Assembly (NCBI GenBank): GCA_000990355.1
Contig: LBSX01000007.1
Coordinates: 441-64,440 of the forward strand
Length of the DNA stretch: 64,000 nt
Origin: Candidatus Magasanikbacteria bacterium GW2011_GWC2_37_14
GTDB taxonomy: Bacteria > Patescibacteriota > Patescibacteriia > Magasanikbacterales > UBA922
Direction of reading: 5' to 3'
Below are positions 49,722 to 60,372 of this stretch, one piece after another. Position 1 is the first letter of the stretch; the number at the start of each line of letters is the position of its first letter. Below the pieces are notes generated by a model. That model saw only the letters and a program-made list of their open reading frames with translations. It searched no databases and was not told the DNA's origin. Position numbers and translations under genes: made by a program.

Positions 49722-50192
49722 TTGTAGACCTCCTGCCCACGAATCCCTCCCGCGTCGTGGCCCTGTGCCAAAACGCGTAAGAAAAACCAAATTCTTGGTT
49801 GCTCTTGGCGCTTTGGCACAAAAAAATAATGCATTACCCATTTTTCTCCTTATTTTTTAAAGAACAATTAACAAATAAAACACCCTGCTTTTATTTGCAG
49901 GGTGTAAATTTATTTTTAGGTAATTTCTAACAACTACAACCACCTAAATATAACACCCCACAACTTGGTAACCATGCGTAATTTGCACGTACCAAAAGAC
50001 CACGGTCGCAAATGACGGAGTGTTTAATTAAATTTTTGTTAGAAAATGAATTCATACTAAATATATAGTATAACAATAAAAATATTTTGTAAACACACTT
50101 ATCCACAAAACAAAAGTCACCATTTCGCTGGTGACTTTATAAACTTTAAAACTTTATAACCTGCCTCGCCGGCAGGCAGGCTTTACAAACTC

Positions 50193-50672
50193 TTATACTC
50201 TCTCATCATCCATGTACACGTGTAAGTATTCGGTTTTGTTATAATCAAAAATTTCTTCGGCTTTAAAAAATCTATTTACTTCTGCTTCGGCAGTTTCTAC
50301 ACTATCGGAACAATGAACTACATTGCACATACCCATGGCCAAGTCGCCACGAATTGTACCACCATCGGCTTTGGCTGCATTGGTTACTCCGGCAATCAAA
50401 CGCACAGCTTCTACTGCTCCCTTACCTTCGGCACACATACAAACTACTGGACTAGATTTCATAAAAGCCTCAAGCCCAGGATAAAATGGTTTTTCTACAT
50501 GGTGAGCATAATGTTCACGAAGTTTATTTTCGTCCAAATACATCATTTTCAAACCCACAACTTTTAAACCTTTCATTTCTAGTCTTTTTAAGACTTCGCC
50601 AACCAAACCCCTTTGTACGCCATCGGGTTTTACAATTAAAACTGTTTTTTCAAAAATACCAGTAAAATTCAT
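50193..50672 (-). CDS. ndk: Nucleoside diphosphate kinase
   Basis: IVKPDGVQRGLVG, GTIRGD, NVVHCSDS. Confidence 0.96.
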   Translation of the reverse strand: MNFTGIFEKTVLIVKPDGVQRGLVGEVLKRLEMKGLKVVGLKMMYLDENKLREHYAHHVEKPFYPGLEAFMKSSPVVCMCAEGKGAVEAVRLIAGVTNAAKADGGTIRGDLAMGMCNVVHCSDSVETAEAEVNRFFKAEEIFDYNKTEYLHVYMDDERV

Positions 50673-50825
50673 ATAAATAGCTAATTTAAGAGTAATTTTA
50701 GTGCATATATTATAGCACATTTTAAAGGTTTTGTCAATAGTGGATAAAAATCACCTTATTCTTGACAACAACTAAATATTACTGTTTAATATGATAGAAC
50801 CAACATCTCCAATGCGGGAGGGTCC

Positions 50826-50942
50826 ATGGCGGGAGGAGTCAAGAGCTCGAAGGGCCACAAGGCCAAGAGGAAGAAGGGCTGGACCAGGCACTCGAACGGC
50901 CCGAGCCGCGGAGGCTCGAACAACCGTAAGGGCGCCAAGTAA
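50826..50942 (+). CDS. GC-rich small basic Gly/Lys-rich protein, 38 aa
   Basis: GGGAGG SD; MAGGVKSSKGHKAKRKKGWTRHSNGPSRGGSNNRKGAK; almost all codons G/C-ending; not in ORF track. Confidence 0.6.
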   Translation: MAGGVKSSKGHKAKRKKGWTRHSNGPSRGGSNNRKGAK

Positions 50943-51137
50943 CGCGACGTTCTTCGCGTCAAGCGCCCCTGGTCCACAACCAGGGCCACATTCTCAAGTC
51001 CGCTGCCGCCGCGGAGATTAACCAGGTTCGTTCTGTTCCTGCGTTGGTCTCCACAGCTAAAATATTTTTAGTTGTGGAGAACGCAGGAACAGCTAAATAA
51101 AAACATCCGCCGATGAGGCGGATGTTTTTAAAAATTT

Positions 51138-53213
51138 TTAACTTCCTGCTGGTTTATTTATGGCTGATAATGCTTGTTCTATAACTGCTTCTCTTTTTAA
51201 TAATCCATGTTTCCCCCTGCCATCATCTCCACCTAAAATCTTTTGTGCTTCTAACAAACGATCCAGCAAATATTTCCGGTCACTTTCACTTCTTTTCAAT
51301 CTATCTTCCAAATCTTTATTAATTCCTTCCAAATTTTCACCATGAAATTTCACTTCACCTAATTCTTTTTTCATTCTTTCCACCGCCTTAGGCAATGTCT
51401 CGCCTGGTTCTGGTTTTATCACCGTTTCTAAGGAAACTAATAAAGCTTGTAATTCTGCTTTCTTTAAAACCTCTTTGGCAGCCACACCCTTGCCACGTTC
51501 CAAAGCTTCTTTACCAATTCTTTCCGCATCAGAAACTGTTAAAGCAACTTGTTGATCTGGGGTTTTACCCTTGTTTATTCTTTCACTCAAACGTTGTTTA
51601 AATTCTCGCAACTCTTCTTCTCTGGTCTGTGCCAAATCCGGAGTTTCATATAATGTGCCAGTCATTGTTCTGTTGCCACGCACATCCTTGATTAAATTAC
51701 GGTTAGTAGTCAAAATATATTGTTGAGTATTTTGGTCAAGAACAGAAACTTCCGCTTCTACAATAGCTTGTATTTTATTCAAAAACACCGCGTCTCTTTC
51801 TACAGCATTTTTAAATAACTCTTGGAGATATTCCCCAAGTCTAATTTCATTTCCACGTTCTTGAGGAAATTTTTCATCCAAAAAAAGTTCATAAGCTTTT
51901 CTTGTATTCACAGCATATACCCCACCAGTTTCAATTTGATTTTCAGTTGGAGGAAATTTTTCCAAGGCATCCCTAAAAGTCAAATAACGGGCCAAACCTT
52001 CCATGTTTGTTGTTGGTTTTGGTGCATGAGTATGTTCATCTGTGCTATCCTGTAAATTAGTCAGGGATATATCACTTAAAAATTTTGTTTGTAAAAAATT
52101 TAAAACAATATTTTTAACTGCCTCGGGTTTTAATTGAGAAAATTGACTCATGTCGCCAACGGCGTTAACAAAAGTATATTGTGAGTAGCCTGTTTCAGCA
52201 CTCTTATTTGCACCCAAACGAAAATTTCTTTGGCAATATTCCAAAATCTTACGTTTTTCTGCCTCATTCTCTGCACCGGGTAATTCTTCTTCCACAATTT
52301 CTTTTGTCTGCTCAAAAAAATCTTGCCAAAGCATTTCTTCCATTCTTAAACGTCTTTCATCATACAAAACTTCTCGCTCAAAAGCCGGTGACTTTATTGT
52401 AAGTTCAGCATTTTCAGAAGACAAACCTTGATGGAATATTCTTTTACCATCTGCCCCCAAAGTTTGGACTTGATAAACCGTTTCTGGATAAAAACCATAT
52501 TGCCCTTTATTTGCTCTATTTTTTTCTGTTGTTGCAACAGCATGTTCCAAGTTTTTTACTGTTTGTCTTTCTCTAGTTGTGTTAGCTTCAACCAACTTCG
52601 CACCTGCATAATCACAATAACCTTCATAAGTCTCTGGAACAAGATCAAAATTATTATAAGCCTCTTGTAATTGTGCTTGTTCTTCTGTTGTTAAAGCATT
52701 CTCGGCTCTTTTTTGTTCCAATAATTTTGTAACCAACTTGGCACAATATTCTCTAATTTTTGGTCTGGCTTCTTGCACCCTTTGGTGAATTTCCAACATT
52801 TCTCGCAAAACCCTGCCTTTTTCTTTTTCGGCTGTATCGCCAGCTTCGTATTCGGCAATTAAATCCTCTACACTCATATTTTCGGCACTAGCGTTTTCTT
52901 GTAAAATCTGTACACCTTCTTTTAAATCTTCTTCATCCTCAGAAGAAATATTATACAAAGCCGACATTTCTCTACCCACCTCGGTCTTAAATGATTCATC
53001 ACCAACAAACCCATTCAATTCTGTGGCCATTAAAGTTAAATAATTAACATCTAATTCATGTTCAGGACTAGTAGAAGCAAAAAATTCGCCCATTCTTTCT
53101 AGGTCATCTATTTGGCCAGCTACCGTTGCCCCTTGTCCTTTTTTCTCTTCTGCAGCTCTTTTAAAACCTCTTTGTTCACCAACTCCCGCTGCAACTTCTT
53201 TAAATCTACCCAT
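51138..53213 (-). CDS. Large Glu-rich helical/coiled-coil hypothetical protein
   Basis: Long open frame, start taken at MGRFKE; no recognised domain. Confidence 0.8.
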   Translation of the reverse strand: MGRFKEVAAGVGEQRGFKRAAEEKKGQGATVAGQIDDLERMGEFFASTSPEHELDVNYLTLMATELNGFVGDESFKTEVGREMSALYNISSEDEEDLKEGVQILQENASAENMSVEDLIAEYEAGDTAEKEKGRVLREMLEIHQRVQEARPKIREYCAKLVTKLLEQKRAENALTTEEQAQLQEAYNNFDLVPETYEGYCDYAGAKLVEANTTRERQTVKNLEHAVATTEKNRANKGQYGFYPETVYQVQTLGADGKRIFHQGLSSENAELTIKSPAFEREVLYDERRLRMEEMLWQDFFEQTKEIVEEELPGAENEAEKRKILEYCQRNFRLGANKSAETGYSQYTFVNAVGDMSQFSQLKPEAVKNIVLNFLQTKFLSDISLTNLQDSTDEHTHAPKPTTNMEGLARYLTFRDALEKFPPTENQIETGGVYAVNTRKAYELFLDEKFPQERGNEIRLGEYLQELFKNAVERDAVFLNKIQAIVEAEVSVLDQNTQQYILTTNRNLIKDVRGNRTMTGTLYETPDLAQTREEELREFKQRLSERINKGKTPDQQVALTVSDAERIGKEALERGKGVAAKEVLKKAELQALLVSLETVIKPEPGETLPKAVERMKKELGEVKFHGENLEGINKDLEDRLKRSESDRKYLLDRLLEAQKILGGDDGRGKHGLLKREAVIEQALSAINKPAGS

Positions 53214-53271
53214 ATATTTAAAATTAAAATTATTTATATAATAAATATAGTATAGCAAAACCTATTTTTTT

Positions 53272-55620
53272 CTACAACTCATCCAAGTCTTTTAAAAAGC
53301 TTACCACATTATTTCGTACTTTCGCACTATTCGTAATTTGCACATCATTGTCATCCTCACTCACATATTCTATTTCATCTTGTCCTGAGCTTGCCGAAGG
53401 GTCGTCGCCAAACACTGTTCCGCCATTCATTTCACTCTTACCCGCCTGCCATGACTTACCGACAGACATGTCGGGCAGGTCCAATAACTCATTATTTAAT
53501 TCTTCCAAAAACAAACTTGGAGTAGCCAGTACGTCGCCCCAACCACTAGTGAGTGAATAGGTAAGCTGTAAATATTTTTTAGCCCGAGTTACTGCCACAT
53601 AAAACAAACGTCGTTCTTCTTCCAAGCCTCCATTTTCCCGCAAAGCCCGGTCATTGGGGAATTGGCCATTGGTTAAGCCAATAATAAAAACTGCTTCCCA
53701 TTCCAACCCTTTGGCTTGGTGAATGGTAGACAAAACAACTTTGTCGCCACCTCGCTGTAGAGACGCAAAATTTTGCGTCTCTACGTTTGTGTCAACCCGC
53801 CGAAACGACTCTTGTAAAGTTGCCTCTGCTAAAAATGTGTTTAAATCCGGTTGTTGTTTGGCAAACCCAGCTAATTGTTGTAAATCTTCCATTCGTTCGC
53901 GATAATCTGGATATTCATTTTCCAAATATTCAATATATTTTGATTCCAAAATTTGTAAAATTAAATCACTTGGTTTCCCTCCTGCTGATTTCCCTCCCCT
54001 TGTAGCCTTCGCCGTGAGCTCAGGCCGAACGGGGGAGGGTGGGGTGGGGTCTGCATCAACAACTAACATTAATTTCTCATAAATCTGTAAAAAATCATTC
54101 CAGCCTATTTGCGCTTTGGCAGATAATGTAGCTCCTATCTCTCGTAAGTTCCCTCCCCTATGAGGGGAGGGTGGGGTGGGGTTTGTCTCGTCCGAAACCC
54201 CCTCCTCTCCTCCCCCTTGTAGGGGGAGGGACATAATTTTTTCAATAATACGTTCAGCACTCACCGCCCCAATCCCCACTTGCATATTTAATACTCTTCG
54301 CCAAGCCACGTTATCTTCAATATTATTAATAATTCGCAAATATGCCAAAGCATCTTTAATATGCGCCCGTTCAAAAAACCGCACTCCACCACGATAATCA
54401 TAATCAATCCCCCGCTTTACTAATTCCATTTCCAAAGCTTGGCTGTGATAAGCTGCTCTAAACAACACGGCAATTTTACTTGGCTCCACTCCTTCGCTCT
54501 CTAATTCAAAAATACGATTAGCAATATATTCTGCTTCTTCTTTTTGATCGGCAAAAGCTTGCAATTCTGGCTTGGCAAATTTTTCTTTTATGCTTTTTAA
54601 CTTTTTTTCGTATTGATTTAAATTATTACTAATTACATTGTTTGCTAAATCCAAAATATTGGGTGTAGAACGATAATTAGTTTCGAGCTTAAATACTTTT
54701 GCATCTGGGTATCTGCCCTCTCCGCCAAAAGCGGATCCGTCTTTGGCAGAGAATGATAAAATATTTTGAATATCCGCCGCACGAAAAGAATAAATACTTT
54801 GGGCATCATCACCCACTACCAATAAATTTTTGTGCTTTGATGCCAACAAATCAATAATCGAAGCTTGAATTTTATTGGTGTCTTGATATTCATCTACCAA
54901 AATATATTGAAATTGTTCGGCTAACTTATTTTTTATTCCTTGTTCCTTTACCAAGAGCAAATACCAATTCACCAACAAATCATCAAAATCCATCGCATTA
55001 GCTTCTTGTTTGCGTTTGGCATAATCCTCAGCAATGCGCACAATTGTTTCCGATACCGACAAAAAATGTTCATATTTTAAATCCAAGACATCTTCAATGG
55101 TCATTTCACTATTCCTAGCATAAGAAATAATTGATTGTAATACAGCTGGCGAAGGAAATCTTTTTTCTGTGCGATCAATTCCCTCTTGTTTTAAACACAA
55201 TTTAATTAAAGCCAAACTATCTTCACTATCCAAAACAGAAAAATTATTTTTATAGCCTAAAAGCAAAGCATATTTTTTTAGCAATCGATAACCAATATGA
55301 TGAAACGTCCCCGACCACTGCAGGTGTGTCCCCCTCTTGACCTCGAGGGGACCAGGGGGAGTTGCCGAGGTTAAGTCTGAATCAACTAAATTCATCACCC
55401 TCTCAATCATTTCTTTGGCCGCCTTGTTGGTAAAAGTTACTAACAAAATATTTTCTGGTTTTATACCCTGTTCCAGCAAATACGCCACGCGATAAGTAAT
55501 GGTGCGGGTCTTGCCACTACCTGCTCCGGCCAATACCAAACATGGGCCATCGCCCTCATACACAACTTTTAATTGTTCGACATTTAATTCTTTTTTAAAA
55601 TCAATCATATTAGTCGTCAT
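53272..55620 (-). CDS. UvrD/PcrA-family SF1 helicase with multiple in-frame palindrome insertions
   Basis: AGAGSGKT, TFTNKAA, DEYQD, VGDDAQSIYSFR, NYRS, STIHQAKGLE, EERRLFYVAVTRAK. Confidence 0.95.
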   Translation of the reverse strand: MTTNMIDFKKELNVEQLKVVYEGDGPCLVLAGAGSGKTRTITYRVAYLLEQGIKPENILLVTFTNKAAKEMIERVMNLVDSDLTSATPPGPLEVKRGTHLQWSGTFHHIGYRLLKKYALLLGYKNNFSVLDSEDSLALIKLCLKQEGIDRTEKRFPSPAVLQSIISYARNSEMTIEDVLDLKYEHFLSVSETIVRIAEDYAKRKQEANAMDFDDLLVNWYLLLVKEQGIKNKLAEQFQYILVDEYQDTNKIQASIIDLLASKHKNLLVVGDDAQSIYSFRAADIQNILSFSAKDGSAFGGEGRYPDAKVFKLETNYRSTPNILDLANNVISNNLNQYEKKLKSIKEKFAKPELQAFADQKEEAEYIANRIFELESEGVEPSKIAVLFRAAYHSQALEMELVKRGIDYDYRGGVRFFERAHIKDALAYLRIINNIEDNVAWRRVLNMQVGIGAVSAERIIEKIMSLPLQGGGEEGVSDETNPTPPSPHRGGNLREIGATLSAKAQIGWNDFLQIYEKLMLVVDADPTPPSPVRPELTAKATRGGKSAGGKPSDLILQILESKYIEYLENEYPDYRERMEDLQQLAGFAKQQPDLNTFLAEATLQESFRRVDTNVETQNFASLQRGGDKVVLSTIHQAKGLEWEAVFIIGLTNGQFPNDRALRENGGLEEERRLFYVAVTRAKKYLQLTYSLTSGWGDVLATPSLFLEELNNELLDLPDMSVGKSWQAGKSEMNGGTVFGDDPSASSGQDEIEYVSEDDNDVQITNSAKVRNNVVSFLKDLDEL

Positions 55621-56480
55621 TCTACCACCAAAATTACCTTGCGTCCATTTTTTACATCACCATTATTCCAATCATGAATAGCATTCATTAAATCTTGATA
55701 TTTATATTTAAAATCTTTGCCAAACTGTGTGCCTGGATCATTGGTAATAAAATTTTCTTCATCATAACCTTTAATAATCAATGCATGGTAAATTGGTCCA
55801 CCATTCCGAAAATTTGGATTAGGTAACACTTTACCGTTCGCTACTACCAACACTGGTTTATTATTTGCAATAAATTTTTTTATATCATCAACAGTTGGAT
55901 TTTCAATAATTTTAATTTGTCCTACTAAATTTAAATGAAAATATTCCTCTGTCATTTGTTTGATATCAACAATTGGGATACTTAACCCCCAGCCCTTATC
56001 CTCTTCCCATTTTACCATTTTCAAAATTTCATCACGCGAAAAAATAGGGCTTAAATTATAACCTTTATAATAGGCATCAAGCATAAGTAAAGCCGCTTCT
56101 TCACACGCATCTTGCCACGGCTGTTCCCAATTTTTTTCTGGCGCTTGTGAGGTAAATGGAACATTCAAAATAAATTCTTTTGGGAGTATTGTGCTGTCAT
56201 TCCCTACTTCGGTACCAGATGTCGAGCTTGCCTGCCGAGGAGGCAGGGAATCCCTTGCTTCTGTAATTTTGACCGTGCTTGTAATGCTTTCAGGTGTTAA
56301 TGCTTTAATGTCTTCACTGCTATCTGTTATCTGTTGTTTGCTATCTGAAGATACTGTTTCATAATTAATTATTATCTCATCATTCACAAACATTTTTCCA
56401 AAAATATAAATCGTCCCTACCAAAAAACACCCGCTCAAAATCAGGCAAATTGTGTTTAATATTGTATATTTTGACTTCAT
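55617..56480 (-). CDS. Membrane-anchored C39-like cysteine peptidase
   Basis: VPFTSQAP...QDACEEA, YHALIIKGY, NDPGT. Confidence 0.85.
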   Translation of the reverse strand: MKSKYTILNTICLILSGCFLVGTIYIFGKMFVNDEIIINYETVSSDSKQQITDSSEDIKALTPESITSTVKITEARDSLPPRQASSTSGTEVGNDSTILPKEFILNVPFTSQAPEKNWEQPWQDACEEAALLMLDAYYKGYNLSPIFSRDEILKMVKWEEDKGWGLSIPIVDIKQMTEEYFHLNLVGQIKIIENPTVDDIKKFIANNKPVLVVANGKVLPNPNFRNGGPIYHALIIKGYDEENFITNDPGTQFGKDFKYKYQDLMNAIHDWNNGDVKNGRKVILVVE

Positions 56481-56590
56481 TATTCTATTATATAGTGTAA
56501 AACTTAAAAAAACAAAAACCGCCCTCTGCTTGATTTCCTTTTATAAAGAAATCCAGCAGACTGGGGCGGTTCTCCCTCTTTGTCTGCGTT

Positions 56591-57088
56591 CTAACGAACT
56601 ACGCGGACAAATGAGGATTTGTTGGCAGATTTTGCCTTGAAAGAACGCGAGGGGGGGGTGCTTTTGATACCCTTTTTAGAGGGTTTGGGTTTTTTACCAC
56701 CGGGAAGGGCGGTAAAAAGAGAGGCTCGAAGCACTTGTGCTGTGTCATCGTCTTCGGGAACTTCGTCAACGAACCGAAGTCCGACGAGAGGCGGCTTGAC
56801 TTGAACAGCAGGTGCCTGGCCCATTACGCCGGCTTTCTGTCTCGCCAGTCTGGCCAGTTCTTCCTGCTTGCTCTTCAGCTCACTGCGCAAACGCGCCAGA
56901 ACAGGTTCGTCCTTTTCTTCCACTTCGTGGAAATTGGGATGCCCGTTATGGCACGCTTTCTTGTAGACCCGAACCCAGGAACCTCCTTGAATCCCTTCCG
57001 GGTTTTTGTAGTGCTCAGAGAAGTCAGAATCCTCGAACACCACAGTTTGTCTACACTTCCCGTGTCTACAGGTTATTCTCGCCTGCAT
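56591..57088 (-). CDS. GC-elevated hypothetical protein with putative Zn ribbon and basic tail
   Basis: ATG 57088 after GGGGGT; CRHGKC...CHNGH; own promoter TTGCAT-17-TATAAT at 57161-57189. Confidence 0.65.
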   Translation of the reverse strand: MQARITCRHGKCRQTVVFEDSDFSEHYKNPEGIQGGSWVRVYKKACHNGHPNFHEVEEKDEPVLARLRSELKSKQEELARLARQKAGVMGQAPAVQVKPPLVGLRFVDEVPEDDDTAQVLRASLFTALPGGKKPKPSKKGIKSTPPSRSFKAKSANKSSFVRVVR

Positions 57089-57229
57089 CTTGCGGACCCC
57101 CGTTTTCAAAAAACGTCCTGGTTTCGGCGGGGTTCAAAGCACCAGCCTCCTTTCAAATTTATTATATAAACAATTGATTTTTTATGCAATATCAGTTAAA
57201 ATCAATCTGTAAATCAGGATTATCAGTAA

Positions 57230-58450
<1,221 letters not shown>

Positions 58451-58487
58451 CTGTCATCCTGAACTTGTTTCAGGATCCCCAAAAAAT

Positions 58488-59288
58488 ATGACCATCCTAC
58501 ACTCAATCATTCTTGGCATTGTGGAAGGCATCACCGAATTTTTACCTATTTCTTCAACTGGGCATTTAATCCTCACTGCCAAACTTTTGCATTTACCCGA
58601 AACCAATTTTAATAAAAGCTTTGAAATCATTATTCAACTCGGAGCAATCTTAGCTGTTTTAGTAATTTACTGGAAAAAACTTTTTTTAAATAAAGAAACA
58701 TTCAAAAAAGTTGCTTTGGCTTTTATTCCCACAGCGATTATTGGTTTAACACTCTACAAAATTATCAAAAGTTATTTATTAGGTAGTACCACCGTCGTTC
58801 TCTGGTCACTATTAATTGGTGGTATTATTATCATTATTTTTGAAAAATTTTATTTACCCTGTACCGCTCTGGTACAAGGTCATGAAAATTCCGAAACAAA
58901 TCTTGCTTTGGAAAAAATTACTTACAAACAAGCATTGCTAATTGGACTATTCCAATCAATTGCTATTATTCCCGGCGTTTCGCGTTCTGCAGCTACAATT
59001 ATTGGTGGCTTATCACTTGGCCTAAACCGAAAAACAATTGTAGAATTTTCTTTTTTATTAGCCATCCCAACCATGGCTGCCGCCACTGGATTAGACTTAA
59101 TCAAAAATGCTTCTAGTTTTTCTAGCAGCGAATTTGGTATTTTGAGTATTGGTTTTGTTACTGCTTTCTTGGTCGCCATTCTCGCCGTTAACTGGTTTTT
59201 AAAATTTATTACCAAACATACTTTTATTACTTTTGGCATTTACCGGATTGCCATTGCAATTTTATTTTTTATTTTGTTTATTAAATAA
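58488..59288 (+). CDS. uppP: Undecaprenyl-diphosphatase
   Basis: GIVEGITEFLPISSTGHL, PGVSRSAATI. Confidence 0.96.
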   Translation: MTILHSIILGIVEGITEFLPISSTGHLILTAKLLHLPETNFNKSFEIIIQLGAILAVLVIYWKKLFLNKETFKKVALAFIPTAIIGLTLYKIIKSYLLGSTTVVLWSLLIGGIIIIIFEKFYLPCTALVQGHENSETNLALEKITYKQALLIGLFQSIAIIPGVSRSAATIIGGLSLGLNRKTIVEFSFLLAIPTMAAATGLDLIKNASSFSSSEFGILSIGFVTAFLVAILAVNWFLKFITKHTFITFGIYRIAIAILFFILFIK

Positions 59289-59293
59289 AAAAT

Positions 59294-59770
59294 ATGAAAA
59301 TTACTCTACTTGTTATTGGCAAATTAAAAGAAGACTATTGGCGCCAAGCCGAAGCCGAATATTTAAAACGCTTGTCTGCTTTTGTTAAGCTAGAAATTAT
59401 TGAACTTAAAGAAGAAAGTTTTACAGAAAAAGATAATCCCGAAACAATCAAAACCAAAGAAGCCAAAAAACTTGAAGAACAATTAGCTAAAATAAAACCC
59501 GATTATTTAGTTGCTATGAACAGTACTGGCAAACAATTTTCTTCAATCAAACTCTCTGAGCAATTTAACAATGTGACAATTCAACAATGTAACAATGTAG
59601 TTTTTATCATCGGCGGTCCCCTTGGATTAGACAAAACTATTTTAGATCATGTCAATTTAATTTTAAGCCTTTCCAATCTGACCTTTACTCACCAAATGGC
59701 ACGCATAATTTTGGAAGAACAAATCTATCGCGCTTTCATGATTAAAGAAAATAGAAAGTATCATTATTAA
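59294..59770 (+). CDS. rlmH: 23S rRNA pseudouridine1915 N3-methyltransferase
   Basis: GKLKE, FIIGGPLG, SLSNLTFTHQMAR..L.EQIYRA...YH. Confidence 0.96.
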   Translation: MKITLLVIGKLKEDYWRQAEAEYLKRLSAFVKLEIIELKEESFTEKDNPETIKTKEAKKLEEQLAKIKPDYLVAMNSTGKQFSSIKLSEQFNNVTIQQCNNVVFIIGGPLGLDKTILDHVNLILSLSNLTFTHQMARIILEEQIYRAFMIKENRKYHY

Positions 59771-59807
59771 ATAAATACCCCGGGCCAATCCCGGGGTATT
59801 TATTTAA
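59767..59807. terminator. Bidirectional terminator
   Basis: ttaaataaataccccggg-ccaat-cccggggtatttatttaa. Confidence 0.8.
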
Positions 59808-60242
59808 GCAAATTTTGAAAATTGTTTTCCTTTATAATTTCTATGCGGATCTGGATTTTTATGAGGGTCTCTCATTTCACCACTCCCCATACCTTGTCTA
59901 CTTGGTAAATTATTAACATCAATTTTTCTTCTAGGACCATTTTTATAATCACCTGGTAATCTGTCTCTTACAACAAGACCATCTGGTTCTACCAAATGAA
60001 CGGCTACCTCTTCGGTAGTTAAACCATGTCTATAAGTAGGCAATTCACTTTCTTTCAAATCCTCTAATGGATTTTTATCTTTTAACGAGGCCTTCTTTAA
60101 CCGTGCTTCTTCTATAGCTTTAGCGTTCATTGAAACTACTTCGGAACGTCTGGAAGAACCAAAATTGTTATATCTTTTTTTCTCATTGCCCCTAGGCCTC
60201 TGGGCCAAATGGACTTCTTGGAACAAAACCTTCTTTACCCAT
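59804..60242 (-). pseudogene. Hypothetical protein with apparent single-base frameshift near the start (or assembly error)
   Basis: ATG 60242 gives MGKEGFVPRSPFGPEA-stop; removing one G joins it to the long frame (...GPEPRGNEKKRY...). Confidence 0.5.
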
Positions 60243-60372
60243 ATAATTTTAAAGTTAATAATTATATAAATATTTTAACATCTTATTAAAAACCTGCCAA
60301 CCCCCCTGTACAAAATACCTTTTATTCACTATAATCACTAATAATTTGGCAATAACACTTTATAACTATTAT

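Noticed and set aside
50786-51021. Track ORFs 50791-51021 (+) and 50786-50989 (-)
   Set aside because: The frame starting at 50826 has the SD and the G/C-ending codon pattern; these are its shadows.
53272-55620. Inteins or introns as the explanation for the uvrD/queA insertions
   Set aside because: The inserts are only about 7-34 aa, lack intein C/S...HN ends and group I/II cores, and match intergenic palindromes.
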